Positions 12,005 to 25,896 of a stretch of 64,000 nt of DNA are shown here, one piece after another. This DNA comes from Euprymna scolopes (lineage: Eukaryota), in NCBI GenBank assembly GCA_053919585.1, contig CM132798.1. One strand, written 5' to 3'. Positions within the stretch are counted from its first letter, which is position 1; every line of letters begins with the position of its first letter. The notes below the pieces were generated by a model. It was given only the letters and a program-made list of their open reading frames with translations, ran no database searches and had not been told where the DNA came from. The translations under genes were made by a program, and so were the position numbers.

Positions 12005-13390
12005 TCAATATAATAAGAACATAAAAAAATCAACAAAAATAAAATATAAATTAAATACTGAGATAAAATGTATTTATTAACATTTGATTCTAATAAACAG
12101 ATAAAATAAAATTAATATCGCAACAACTTATTTTGAAAAGGTTCCAATTTTCAAATGAAAATTGTTACAGGGCTTTTAGCTTTAAAACTTCAGCGTTCCA
12201 AAGACTCGTTTATTTAAACTAACCGTTGAAAACGTGATCTTTTCCGAACTTTAGCTAGTGACGTTTTAAGGAATTGTAAGGTAACAGAAAGCGGGGCGGG
12301 CGTGCTGTAAAGAGAATTGTTGAGTCTAGGATATCAACTTGGTAGATATTTTAAAGAACATTTATCAAGAAAATAATCAATAAAATATAAATATAAAGTT
12401 AAATACTGAAATAAAATGTAGTTATCAACATTTGAATTTAAGAAAGATATAAATAAAATTAATATCGCAATAACTATTCTTGAAAAATTTCCCATCTTCA
12501 AATGCAAATTCTTAAAGGGCTTATAGATTTAAAAAAATTCAGCGCTCAAAAACTTTTTTTTAATCTATTGAAAACAGGATGTTCCGAACTTTAGCTGGTG
12601 ATGTTTTAAGGAATTGTGGGATGAAGAAAAGCGAGGAAGGGGTGTACACAGAATATAAAAATTAAGTCTATGCTATCCTTAAGATAAATTTGGTAGATAT
12701 AATAAATAATATTTATGGACGAGAAAATCTACTATTGAATTAAACAATCAAAAACAAATAAAAAATATGAGTTAAATACTGAAATTGAATGTAGTTATGA
12801 ATATTTGAATCGTATAAAAAGATAAAAATAAAATCAATATCGCAACAATGTATCTCGAATAATTTCTCATCATCAAATGCAGACTTTTAAAGGGATTTTA
12901 GCTGTAAACACTTCAACGTTCAAAAGAAGTTTATTTTTAAATTAACCGTTGAAAACGTGATCATCTTCCTAACTTTGACTAGTGACGTCTGGATGGATTG
13001 CGAGATAAAGAAAAGGGATGCTATTAAGAGAATATAATTGTTGAGTCTAAGTTATCTTCTAGATTAATTTGGTAGATATAATAAAGAACATTTATGGATG
13101 AGAAAATCTATTATTAAATCAAACAATAAGACAATAAAAATATAAATTAAATACTGAAATAAAATGCATTTATGAACATCTGAATCTAATAAAAATACAA
13201 TAATAAAATTGGTATTGCAACAACTTATCTCGCAAAATTCCCATCTCCAAATGCAAACAGCTTTGAAAAATTAGCGTTCCAAAGACTTTTTTTTAAATCT
13301 ACTGTTGAAAATGTGATTTTCTTCAGAACTTTAGATAGTGATGTTTTAAGGAATAGCGGTATAAATATGAGGGGGCGAGGGCTGTAAAAA
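12005..13390 (+). repeat. Degenerate tandem repeat, ~4 units of ~350-375 bp
   Basis: TTAAATACTGA.AT..AATG recurs at ~12051, 12399, 12772 and 13147, with shared ATATCGCAACAA, CGTTGAAAACGTGAT, GAACTTTAGCTAGTGA and TTGGTAGATAT blocks. Confidence 0.88.
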
Positions 13391-14418
13391 GGAATTGCAA
13401 TCGGGAAGGATTCCTAAGTTTGTTACAGACGTTAATGCAGAGTAACAGGACAGGAAGTCTAAGAAAAAATGACCGATTTCATGACACTAGTTGTTTGTTT
13501 AACTGTAAGGGACAATTTTNNNNNNNNNNNNNNNNNNNNNNNNNNNNNNNNNNNNNNNNNNNNNNNNNNNNNNNNNNNNNNNNNNNNNNNNNNNNNNNNN
13601 NNNNNNNNNNNNNNNNNNNNNNNNNNNNNNNNNNNNNNNNNNNNNNNNNNNNCGTGCACTAAAAATGCTGAGAAATTCAAAATATGAAAATATCCCTAAT
13701 TTTTTTAAAACAAATATGATATTCTTATACGTATATGGCATTGTCTTTAATAATTAACTATGCTGTTATCTATAATANNNNNNNNNNNNNNNNNNNNNNN
13801 NNNNNNNNNNNNNNNNNNNNNNNNNNNNNNNNNNNNNNNNNNNNNNNNNNNNNNNNNNNNNNNNNNNNNNNNNNNNNNNNNNNNNNNNNNNNNNNNNNNN
13901 NNNNNNNNNNNNNNNNNNNNNNNNNNNNNNNNNNNNNNNTGATAAAAAAATGTAATAAAAATATGCCGCAATGCTAAAAAAATGCACCGAATAATGAATC
14001 GCCCCAACCAATAAAAAGTCTATAACATCTTATCAACAACGTTAAAAATATAAATAATTTATTAAGAAAACACATTTACTAGTTTATTAATAATTCGGGA
14101 CTACTTTTCCAGGAATAAAAAGGATGACAAATATGGAAAACGGCGAAAGAATATATGATTAAATAATTCTCAATTTCGTAAAAAGTCGAAAAAACATAGC
14201 TATCGTATAGATCGGGTACAAAAAGTCCTACGACATAATTTCACAAGTTAAATAATAGAATGCTTAAGGATGTAAAACATAGTTAATGAAATTATCAATT
14301 TGATTAAAAAAGAGATGAAAACATGGAAATTTAAATTGACGGCCGATATGTCTTGCAAATATATTAAAAACAAGGCAAGTCGGATACAAATTTATTAAAT
14401 CAGATTAAATATGAACCA

Positions 14419-14462
<44 letters not shown>

Positions 14463-14467
14463 GCATC

Positions 14468-14506
<39 letters not shown>

Positions 14507-15234
14507 TAGTGCGTTAAAAGAAAAGAGTGAGCTCAATTCTATAAGAGGAGACTTATCGGGACAATATAAAGCTCAACAAGTATAATTGGAGCTTATATAG
14601 GATAACAATAGGAATGGTAAATGAATTCACAAAATCTATATAATGATATATACAGATTGGTCCATTTATTAAATAAGGGAATACAAACAATTAATTGGGG
14701 GATAAAGGGGACACCTTATGCCAGGGCAATTCGAAGCTTACTTATTCTCATCAAAAGAGTATAGAAGATGTTATTTAAATAGTGGGGGCGCGGCATCTTG
14801 CATGGGATTCATTCGGAACGAAATAGATCAATTAAAATGATAGATGATGTTGAGGGAGTTTTATCGAATTCTAAACAAAGGACAAACGTATTATATGAAG
14901 TGTACTGTAGAAAATGGTTTAGGGTCTTTATCATAGTCTTAAATGTATGTAATATATATTTTAAGGCTAAGGGGGAGGTATAGTGTTGATGGGTGGTAGC
15001 AGACACGATCAAATCAAAAAAAATTAAAGAAACTTAGCTTTAAAGAAGAAAAACGCAGATAAAAAAAATGATATATGGATATCCAATTAATGCATGCAAA
15101 CGTGGATCGTATCACTATTAACGTTATCTGGACCGTTTATAAGTTGTTCCCAAAACATGCTGAGGAAGATCGACTAAAAAAACTGGAAACCTATTACCAT
15201 ACAAAATGCATTGCCTCCAAATCCTGTTGACCGA

Positions 15235-15560
15235 CTGTCCATAAAAAGATGAGGGGAAAAGACTTCTTAATATAGGAGACTGTGTGAATGGCAGATAACA
15301 GAAAAATTACAGAACGCAGAAATACTATTCAGCACAACAATAGCCACTATAAAACGAACAAGCAGACAAATAAAAAGGCAAAGTATTAAACTGTGAATGG
15401 AGTATGAGATAAACAATTATATGGACGATGTGTTAATATGTGTAGTAGTAATGGGACGAACACACACACACACCGAGGAAATCAAGAGAATATGAGGGTG
15501 GAACCGGTACGTGTTTATAGTGAACGATAAGCCAGGTAAAGTGGACAGTGTGACTGAACA
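15235..15560 (+). pseudogene. Gypsy-like LTR retrotransposon RT relic
   Basis: Frameshifted KKDEGKRLL..YRRL, then YMDDVLIC and WDEH motifs. Confidence 0.45.
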
Positions 15561-15744
15561 TAAAAAAGGCGAACATCCAAGGGGTATGGGGCAGTATTCG
15601 ATGTCAAGTGTGCTAGCAAAAATACACGCACGCGTCTGAAAAAAAAAAACTATCATCAAGGAAAATATCCCACTTGCAACCATTATCGACGCTCTCAACC
15701 GTAATTTTCAAAACAGAATAGGCTATAACTAAACGCTAATGCAG

Positions 15745-16340
15745 GCAAAACATTTGATATTCGACTGATTCCAGAATTTTATTGTGTCAAACCGGATTAC
15801 AGTTTCTGAATTGTTGAAACAGGTAGAGCTGGTGTGCGAAATGTGTTGTTGTCACAACGTCAGTCACGTTTAAACACTTCGGGTAAAAGGTGGTAGTCTG
15901 TCAATATACCGACGGTTTATTAGTGAGCAGAGAAAAATCCCAACTGACTGATGCTCATTTGTTCTTTCGTATCAGAGCTTTGTGTTTTCGTTATACAACA
16001 ATTACGTTGATCCTTGAGGATGAGGCACATGACTATGAAAGAGATTCGTGCCATGGATCCAATGTCAGAATCGTGCCACAAATGCGGTAGTCCCAATCTT
16101 TTTGGAAGAGACTGCCAGCAGCTCGGGGGCAAAACAAGCACAGCTATCCCGTTTAAAAAACTGTTATTAGTGCCAGCAACGAGGACATGTAGCGTCGATG
16201 TGTCCTGAAAACAAGACAAGGGACGACATGGCAAGCACTACATATAAACTAAAAGAAGTACTTCGCGTAATAAATGTAGGAATCAACCGGCGATATTTGG
16301 TTGAATCTGGTTGCATATTATCTATTGTGATAGGTCCGTG
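15745..16340 (+). pseudogene. Gypsy-like gag/protease relic
   Basis: FDIRLIPEF..LLKQVELVCEMC..LRVKGG (gag), zinc knuckle CHKCGSPNLFGRDC (H>L), and protease-like YLVESGCILSIV (D>E). Confidence 0.72.
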
Positions 16341-17639
16341 TATAAATATAAAACAGGCCTCTTCAAAACGAAAAGTTTCAGTTTAGAGAATAATTGAACT
16401 CTGATTATAAACGTTTGAATTTTAAACTCAGATACAAGCCATTATATACAGCTAATTTTATGAAATCTACGATTTTTCTCTAATGTGCATTGTAGACCAC
16501 AATATATTTTTGGAGTCACCTAAAGCTTCATCTCTCTACTCCTTGATACGTTCTCAACTATAGCTGGCAATCAAGCGATTTGCTTGAAAATTAAAGCATT
16601 GCACGTGTAGACAATTAGTTTTTCCTCATTTAATTTCAGGAAACGTCACGATTCCCAGCAAGAATTGAATATTCCATTTAATTTAAACAATTATAATGAA
16701 GTCACAATGTTGACATCCATCGAAAAAATTAGTTCAGTCAATTACTGTGATATTCCAACAATAAAAATAAGCGTTAATATTCTGAAAATCCCAGTTCCTC
16801 CCATATATTTTAATTAAGTAATGTGGAACAATTATATACACACGTTCTTCCAATTATAAATTGAAACAAGCCTCTATATATTTTTTTTAGTATCAAACCA
16901 TGTGACAGATTTTATAAGTGATATAAAATTTCTACACTTAAGGTTTGATAGCAGTTTATTAAGGTTTCAAGTATATGAAAATCAGTAAAAATATTTGTTA
17001 TCAAACCGTTCTATTCACACTTACACGCATATACATCTACACGCACGTAATTGTGTGCGTATTGCAAATTTCCATCTAAGCGTTTTCGCTCTTATTTCAG
17101 TTATAATCGAATTTTACACTACAAAAGTCGGGCTTTTGTCAGATCCTGTGAAAAACAATTATTTTAAATCGGTCAACAATGATAATTGTTACTTCTGCTT
17201 CAAAAATAACTGGCATACAGGAACACGACTATTATATGACAACATATTGTATTTATTAGAGACAGCCAACTTTAATTTAGAACACTGTTTTTTTTCTAAT
17301 TGGAGATTTGCAACTATCAGTTATTTTTAATTGAGTTTAGTCTGACAACTCATCGTGAAAAACATAAAACCTGAAGAGCGTTTACAAATTGTAAATTACA
17401 CGATTTATTTACACGTATATATCTCTCATTAATTAATAATTTCATGGAATAGATCTGACAACTGATTCGTATGATTTAATCCAATTAGATAATTTTCGTT
17501 GGAATATGTAAAATCCTATTCTTAAGCTGATAAACCAGAGAGACAAATTAGATGTAAAGATTATAAAACTAGCGATTTAATTTGATATGATAAATAATTA
17601 TGGACAACGAAAGGTAGAGAGAACGAGTTTGATGTTACG

Positions 17640-17914
17640 ACAAGATCTCCGTATTCTGCGCTGGTAAGTGACCTCATACGTCCGTACAGAAAAAAAGAGG
17701 TGTAAAATATGTCGGGCTTAAATGGTCGGCAATATAAAGATGGATCATTAGTTGTAGTTAATTCGAGCGATCGAATTATAGAAAAAACTAGAAAGAAAGT
17801 CTACTACTTTAAATTAACTTAAGTTAGAAATAACGCTAGACTACAATTGCGAATTAGTATTTTTTGATATAACTAAAAATCTCAACAAGAGTACTTGAAA
17901 AATATACCACAATC

Positions 17915-17975
<61 letters not shown>

Positions 17976-18720
17976 TAAAGTTCAATCATCCCAAGGGTAT
18001 TAATAAAGCTATTATTCCCAGTATATCAGAAAAAATATCCGGGTTATCACAAAATAAGAATATATTTGATAAAAAATAGGGTCATCATAATGGAGATTTA
18101 ATTATATCTTGATAGAAAAGAAACAATAAAAACATAAGGAAAGTGAACAATAAAATTAGCAGACGAAACAACACAATATAACATAGCAATGGGAAGAAAT
18201 ATAAAGACAAAAATAGGTATAAAAAATAATAAAAAGAGGAAATTATAAAAAACGAAGAAGCAAAAATATTAACAGTAATATCTGAATGATAGAAATAGAC
18301 GCAAGAAACAAGTTCCTTTAGACCCTCTTTTAAGCAAATATATGCTAAATAATTCCCCTCAAGAGTTTACAAAATAACAGACAAACACTTCCTCTCAAAA
18401 AAGAGATTTAAAAAAGTAATTAATAAGAATACAGTTAAACTTTATTTCTCAACCGCTGCAAAGCAAGGTAATACTATAATAAGTTTTTATGATGGTAAAA
18501 TAAATAATAAAGTGAAAAAAAATGAAATTGAATCGGCTTAACTAAATTTAAAGAGGAAATGCAACTGTAGACTACCATAAGAATGCCCATTGAAGGACAA
18601 TTGCTTTATTTCTGAAAATGTATAGAAATGTGAAGTGAACAATAGGAGAAGATATAAGTATGGGGGAACTGAGGGGTTTAAAGACATATCTACATAAAAA
18701 TACGAGTGCGATAAACAAAC
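17640..18720 (+). mobile_element. Degenerate Penelope-like element (RT thumb, linker, Cys motif, GIY-YIG start)
   Basis: Broken motifs YKDG.L.VV, FFDIT.NL, FNHP, DKHF..KKVINKNTVKLYFS, CNCR...ECPLKDNC. Interrupted by (TA)n at ~17918-17970. Confidence 0.7.
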
Positions 18721-19181
18721 TTACTTCTCTGAGACCGAGGTGTTTCTGTGTCCGTGTGTTCGTAATATACCGACATTTAGCCGTGGAGAAATAATAGTGA
18801 AAAATTATGTAAAAACGGAAAGAAACAATGCATTTTATTTTATGTGTTATAGGTCCGGTGTGTTGTGTGGCCATATTCTAAGAATGGGAGGGCAGCAATG
18901 TAGCCACTGCGTAACAATATGTATGATTGCGACGCTATATTTGAATTGTAGGTCAACGTGCGTTTATTGAGCCGAATACCGTGAATTCCGATAATAAGAA
19001 CGGTCACAGCCCAGCCGTAACAATGGACGGAATCGTGCAGAGAAGACTTCATTATTTGTCAATCCAAAATGAAAAGAACATGTTATGTCTATGTATATAA
19101 AAACCAGTAAATTGCTGTTCAAGCACAGTATCGTAGGAAAATGTAGAATTTGCCAATTTTCTCAACTGGTAACGGTGGGAG

Positions 19182-19263
<82 letters not shown>

Positions 19264-20928
19264 TAGATTATCCGTCGTCGTTTTGAACCTTGAAGGGCAT
19301 CATAAAATGTTCCAAATAAAATGATTTTGAGATCATATTGTCTTTATTGTATTCAGAAATATGTTTCCAATGATGAGTGAAAAGTTAGATCACATCAGAG
19401 TATTTGAACCCTACTGCAAGTGCTAATAAAAATTAAGAATGTCAATAGAGCGCTACTATATCAAAGTATCCAACCCCTGATAAACAGATAAATAATCATG
19501 AAGACTGAGGATCGCTACTAACAATACAAAATATAAATTAAAATATGGCTATGAATACGGTTATAATTACGTGTTAATTTTGTATATACGAGTCCGGTGA
19601 AACTACAATAATTTGTATGAAAAACAGGTTTAAAAAGGATGAACACAATAAGCCCATCATCCCAGTAGTAAAGTCATTAATTTTTGCCTTTGTTGTATAT
19701 CTATGTTTAACTTGGGTATTTTTACTCGACGGCTTTAAACTACCATTTATTTTGGTATAGCTTATGACGCTTATGGCATTCAATTTAAAAACTAACGCAT
19801 TTAATGTAAAACTAAAGCATTCCATTTAAAGCTAAGTTTTAAATCAATTTTCAATCAAATGAAAATCAATTTTTCGATTTCATTTATATTTTTCTACGAA
19901 CAATCATGATAAAACAAGCTATAAAGGAATACATGCTACATAAAATTGAGGCGAAACGCCGTATTATCAAAGCTACTTGAAGTCATGACAATTTGCGTGC
20001 CGAAGCAAGATCAAATGGTTGCAATAAAACTGCAGCCAGAAATTTGTTAATCGGAGGGCAAATGCATCGAATGTACACTGTGTTGTATTGTACGTAAGTC
20101 AAAGTATTGTCGATTGGTAGATACGTGAAGTTTTCATTAAAAATGAGCAATTTATCCAAAGGATGGTACAACCACTTTTGCATTTGACTAGACATTGATT
20201 TTAAATACAGTCATGGTTGTCATAGATAATACTCAATCTCATTCGGCTATAGAAAAGCCTTTGCTCAGAAATGCTCAGTGTTACAATTTTTCAATTGTTG
20301 CATTAACTATAGAGGGGATTCTGCCTTCCTAAAAGTCAATGCTATAGCTATAACGACATAAAAATCATTAGTTTTACGCTATTTTGAAAAAAAGGACCAA
20401 TCGCCAATTGTATCGACGAAAATGTATGGACATAAAAAAATATTGTTGTATATTAATAAAAAATAAAATATTTAAACATTATATATGAACAATTAAACAA
20501 ATACAAATTTCCTCCAATTTCGAATGCATGATCATTTTCAAGAAAAATACTTATTGTTAAATTGAATTTAAAAAAAAAAACCTTATTTTTTTAATTTTCT
20601 GTACTATTTATTATTTGAATGCGCTATTTTTTTTTTAATTATTGCCTTAATTTTTTAATTGAATGTGTTATATTTTTAATTTGAACGCCTTATTTTTTTT
20701 AATTTCATCGACAATGTGTATATTCCGGTATAAAGCCATAACATATGAAATGAAAAAAATGTACACATAAACAAGTTTGAAGATACCGTGAATATCTACT
20801 ATGTCTCCTGGGAGTGATAGGACACAGATTTCTCTAGGAGTTTTGTGTAACTGTCTGGGATGCATTCTGAACATTGTCACGAGAAAAATGTATCACACTT
20901 TCTGTTCGGACTCGCTTTTTATTTAGTA

Positions 20929-20959
20929 CTAGCACTACCCGCTAATCGGCGTTGCTTGG
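20929..20959 (-). mobile_element. Helitron-like 3' terminus
   Basis: Minus strand CCAAGCAACGCCGATTAGCGGGTAGTGCTAG-T. Confidence 0.5.
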
Positions 20960-20996
20960 TGAAAGCGGTCTCCCTCTTGAAAAAAGTAAACTAAGG

Positions 20997-21028
<32 letters not shown>

Positions 21029-21559
21029 GGTTGTGGTAGTGTTGGTTGGTGGGTTGGTTGGTTGGTTTAAATAGACGTCCTCAATTCCTCATGGTAAGAA
21101 AACTATTGAAATATCAAGAACGGGTGGAAATAGGTGGTGTAGTAAGGATATTGAGTAACCCTCAGCCAGTGGTGTCAGGTGAGATTTTTAAAATCCGCTA
21201 GATGAGGGAAAATAAATCTCCAAATAATTGCTAGATCTTTTAGTTTTCTCGTCTGAAATTGTCAAAAACCGCTAATACAAAACCAAAACATATCCAAAAA
21301 AGAATAAGACCATATTTTAATTTTCTACTCTACAGAAAAATACAATGAATATAGTATATTCAATATAAAAAATGTTCCGTGTTTTCTCACCATATATTTC
21401 TGCAATTATATTGAAGCGGTTAACCCCACAAACGGCTTTCGCAATTTATTAGATAGTTTTACCTGATTTTCGTAGAGGGTATATTTTGGTTTGCAAGAAA
21501 TAAATCATATAATAAAACAGTTATTATAAAAGAAAATTAATTGAAATACATTACAAATC

Positions 21560-22050
21560 ACACATCGCAATAATAGGGTACCTTAATATTTATTATTGCC
21601 AAATAAATTCTCCATATATATAGGATGAATTAATATTTGTAAATCATCTGTTCTGATACTATAATTTATCTTTTTTGTTGTAAGTCAATGTGCGAGAAAT
21701 CTTTCAAGATTGAAGAATATAAAAAATATTTCTCAAATCTTGAGTGCCTCTTTTTAAGGTAAAAAAAATATCCCTTTGCAATCTTAGGAAATATGTTTTT
21801 GCCCAGTTGGCACAATTTCTGTAGTAGGTCTTTGCTCCAAAATAAACGCAATAAACTTTGCTGTATTGGTTACGTCTGCTTCATCGTAAAAACGTTGTTC
21901 ACACTTACAATTAAATGGAATAATAAACGTATATAATAGTAAAAATAAGTATAATCATGAATGTTGGCTCTTTAGGGAGGCAAGTAAGTAGGAAGAACAG
22001 AGTCATTTGATAAAGTGTAGAATAATTACAAGTCGAGAAATTGTAAGCAA
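21560..22050 (-). pseudogene. Possible highly decayed PLE GIY-YIG relic
   Basis: Minus-strand IYVYY.FNCKCE followed by a weak YV..Q.LLR..EQRP-like stretch. Confidence 0.35.
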
Positions 22051-22424
22051 TAACAAAAAGTCAACGAATATCTGATACCAAATGTAAAATTCAAGGATCT
22101 TTAATGCGGACTATAAGTGTTTCTTTTTATTCGATTTTTTTGTTAATAGTTGTCTTTACAACAATTAACTTTTCGCTTGCCCCTTAACCATTGGGGACTT
22201 TAATCTTGGAAAATTGTATGCAAAATCTCTAACTACCACTAACTCTTAATTTTGGAGTGTAACCCGAACTTATGGTTAATGGGAGAATAAGTCATTTGTT
22301 TCCAAGAATCCCTTAAAAAATTAAGCGATCAGTTCTTTATTATTTAATCAGTGTGTAAAGACCATTTTCAACAAGATATCTGGATATTATAGGGAAAAGG
22401 TTGTTTTAGCACGTCAGTAGTAAA

Positions 22425-22489
<65 letters not shown>

Positions 22490-22661
22490 TTATATAAAAT
22501 GGGTGAAGAAATTCCAACGAAAGAAAGATGTATATTTAAATAAGGGGGTGGTCACCATCAATGTGTATTTTTTAACATTATTTTATTATTCCGTGTCTTG
22601 GTTTTTCATTGAGAATTATGTTTGGATCATTGTAATAATGCTTTTAAGTCATTGAAATCGT

Positions 22662-22706
22662 TTTTACGCGCGTTTCAGACGTTCTGTGAAGCGTCTTCGT
22701 TAGAAA
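22662..22706 (-). ncRNA. Minimal type I hammerhead ribozyme, G5>A variant
   Basis: TTT-CTAACGA-AGACG(CTTCACAGAA)CGTCT-GAAA-C-GCGC-G-TA-AAA. Confidence 0.8.
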
Positions 22707-23700
22707 TTATTTTCAAATGTGTTGAAGATGTAAAAATGGCAATTTTCGTAGTTCATTTGAAGTGTTTCGAAGGGGTGGAGGCTTGTAAGTGTTTATTATT
22801 CATTGGCATGTTCAGTTTTTATTACTCTTTTATTGGGCTTGTCCAGGCCGCTGACCTGGTTGTAGTCACTCTCTCTTTCTGCTAGTGTTTTTCATTTTCT
22901 TTTAGGATGACGTAGGGTGTGTGTGTGTGTGTTTGTGTGTGTGTGTTTGTGTGTGTGTGCGGGTGTGTGCTTGCTTTTATTGGTCTGAGAATGTGTATAC
23001 TGTTTTATAGTATTATGAGGTTATTTTCTTCCTTAGGAAGGTGACTGTGATCCGAGGTCATTACTAATGTGTATATGTGAGGAGGGGGGACCAGCTCTTT
23101 TGAAATAAGGGTAGGGGTGCTTTCATTCTATTTTGATATTTATTTTTTGGATTCTTGGATTTTAGTATTGTGATTTTTCGTTTTAGTCTTTCCGGGTATT
23201 CTTTATATTATGTTTGTTTAGAAAGAGGGGTGTATTTAAAATATGTATAGGAGATATTTTAATGTTTCTATTTATTTGTCTCCCCATGTGGGTATGGCCA
23301 GATCTAGGATCGGTTCCTAGTGTGGGGGAGATTTTGTTCCCCAGAGGGGGGCAATTGGAGGGGGTATAGGTATGGGAGGGGGATGATAAAAGGGATGATA
23401 GTTATTTCAGTCATGAGGGGGTTCTCCTCCACTGACTGAGGAGGGACCGTGGTGTTGGAACAGATATCATGCTATGGTTCTAGGTGTTTCCTAGTGTTGA
23501 TAGTTTCGAGGTTAAGTAGGGTTTGTATTATTCAGTGTGTTGTATTAGAGATAGGGGTGTCATGTCTGTGTGTGGTTGTATGCGCGCACGGTTGTGTGTT
23601 TTAATGTGTCGGTTCTGATTTATGGGTGGGTGTGTATATATGTATGTGTATGGATGTGCATGCGAGTGTACCTTGCATTTCGTGTTTTTGTGTGATGATA

Positions 23701-24085
23701 TTAGGCTCTGTTCAGTTCAGGAGTGAATCTGGTGATGAAGTTTTTTTCCTGTGTAAGTAAATAGAAATAATTGTCTGTTTGGAAGATTTGCATTATTTTG
23801 AAGCTGTTTCCACTGCATGTGTGTACGTGTTTTGAAACATAGAGGTGTATGTTATCTGCAATTTTGATGTTGCTCTTATGTAAGCCCACTCTATTGCTGA
23901 AATTTTTGGTGCCGCCTATGTAGGAGTAGTTGCATGTTGTGCATCTTAGTGCATATACTACATTTCTGGAGGTGCAATTTAGATCCTTTTTTTATTTTGA
24001 ATGTTTGTGTTGGGTTTTTGAATGTGTATGTGTTACCTTCTATTATTATGTCACCCACTCCACATCGCGGTGTGTTGCATAATAC
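23701..24085 (-). pseudogene. Cys-rich linker plus GIY-YIG endonuclease (one frameshift in an A-run near 23990)
   Basis: CNTPRCG..IIIEGNTYTFKNPTQTFKIKK/DLNCTSRNVVYALRCTTCNYSYIGGTKNFSNRVGLHKSNI..VSKHVHTC..EKNFITRFTPELN. Confidence 0.9.
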
Positions 24086-24954
24086 AACTAATACAACACA
24101 CTGAACAATCCCAACCCTACTTAACCTCGAAACCAACAACACTAGGACACACCTAGAACCATAGTATAATATCTGTTCCAACACCTCGCCCCCTCCTCAG
24201 TCAGTGAAGGAGAACCCCCTCATGACTGAAACAACTATCACCCCTTCTATCATCCCCCTCCCATACCTATACCCCCTCCAATTGCCCCCCCGCTGGGGAA
24301 CAAAATCTCCTTCACACTAGGAACCGATCCTAGGTCTGGCCATACCCACAGGGGGAGACAAATAAATAGAAACATTAAAATATATCCTATACATATTTTA
24401 AATACACCCCTCTTTCTAAACAAACATAATATAAAAATACCCAGAAAGACTAAAACGAAAAATCACAATACTAAAATCCAAGAATCCAAAAAATAAATAT
24501 CAAAATAGAATGAAAGCACCCCTACCCTTATTTCAGAAGAGCTGGCCCCCCCTCCTCACGCATACACATTAGTAATGACCTCGGATCACAGTCACCTTCC
24601 TAAGGAAGAAAATAACCTCATAATACTATAAAACAGTATGCACATTCTCAAACCAATAAAAGCAAACATACACACGCACACACACGCACACACACGCGCA
24701 CACACACAAACACACACCCACACGCACACACACACATACACACCCTACCCCACCCTAAATGAAAAGAAAAAAACACTAGCAGAAAGAGAGAGTGACTACA
24801 ACCAGGTCAGCGGCCTGGACAAGCCCAATAAAAGAGTAATAAAAACTGAACATGCCAATGAATAATAAACACTTACAAGCCTCCACCCCTTCGAAACACT
24901 TCAAATGAACTACGAAAATTGCCATTTTTACATCTCCAACACATTTGAAAATAA

Positions 24955-24999
24955 TTTCTAACGAGGACGCTTCACAGAACGTCTGAAACGCGCGTAAAA
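24955..24999 (+). ncRNA. Minimal type I hammerhead ribozyme, G5>A variant
   Basis: TTT-CTAACGA-GGACG(CTTCACAGAA)CGTCT-GAAA-C-GCGC-G-TA-AAA; palindromic stem III ACGCGCGT. Confidence 0.8.
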
Positions 25000-25121
25000 A
25001 CGATTTCACTGACTTAAAAGCATTATTACAATGATCCAAACATAATTCTCAATGAAAATCCAAGACACGGAATAATAAAATAATGTTAAAAAATACACAT
25101 TGTTGGTGACTACTCCCTATT

Positions 25122-25176
<55 letters not shown>

Positions 25177-25623
25177 TATATTATTATTTTGTGCTGTTGC
25201 TCGTTACTTTTTACAAATTTCGGTTGGTACCTTTTCTACACTTTAACTAAGCGGAAAACTTCTTATAAATTAAAGTAGCCGTGCTTAGAGCGTATTTTAA
25301 ACTATAGTGGATGCACCCACCCAATAAAATGTGCTTGGCCTATGCGATTTTGTGGAGAGTAGCCGTCGAAGATGTGTTCATGCCGACCGATTAGTTATAC
25401 TAAAGAAAATCTGTAAACAAATAAATTACGAGCAATTCCTAGGAGCAAACGCTAATTAGAAAATGGGAGAATTAAAACCAAATGCCCTAATGAATCGACC
25501 ACGATAAATTATCAGTGTACTTGGCTTAGAATGTACCCTTATAACGCGTGATTGAATGGGCGACCTAAATAAAATGGTAAAACAACTGATCTCTCTCCGT
25601 ATCTTTCGATCTCTTTCTGCGTT

Positions 25624-25669
<46 letters not shown>

Positions 25670-25858
25670 TTCCCTTGCACCCCTCTCACTCTGTCTCTCT
25701 CTCTCTGTGTAGCTCGCTGGTCGGCGTAATCTTCAAGTTCCTAAAAAGAAAATACGGTCTAAGCAAATTAATAAAGACGTAAAGAAATAGAAATACGTAG
25801 AAATAGCGAAAACTTTAGTGAGCTGAATTCTCTTTGCCTCTCTATCTATCTATCTCCA

Positions 25859-25896
<38 letters not shown>

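Larger units (their letters stand above)
22530..25127 (-). mobile_element. 5'-truncated Neptune-like Penelope element with ~1-kb inverted pseudo-LTRs
   Basis: Arms 22530-23548 and 24088-25127 are reverse complements (the duplicate ORFs 22622+ and 24776- reflect this). The spacer encodes a GIY-YIG domain, each arm has an HHR, and both ends abut (TA)n. Confidence 0.92.

Noticed and set aside
22622-22885. Duplicated 87-aa ORF (also 24776-25039) as a gene pair
   Set aside because: It is an antisense frame of the PLE pseudo-LTR containing the hammerhead, with no recognisable protein motif.
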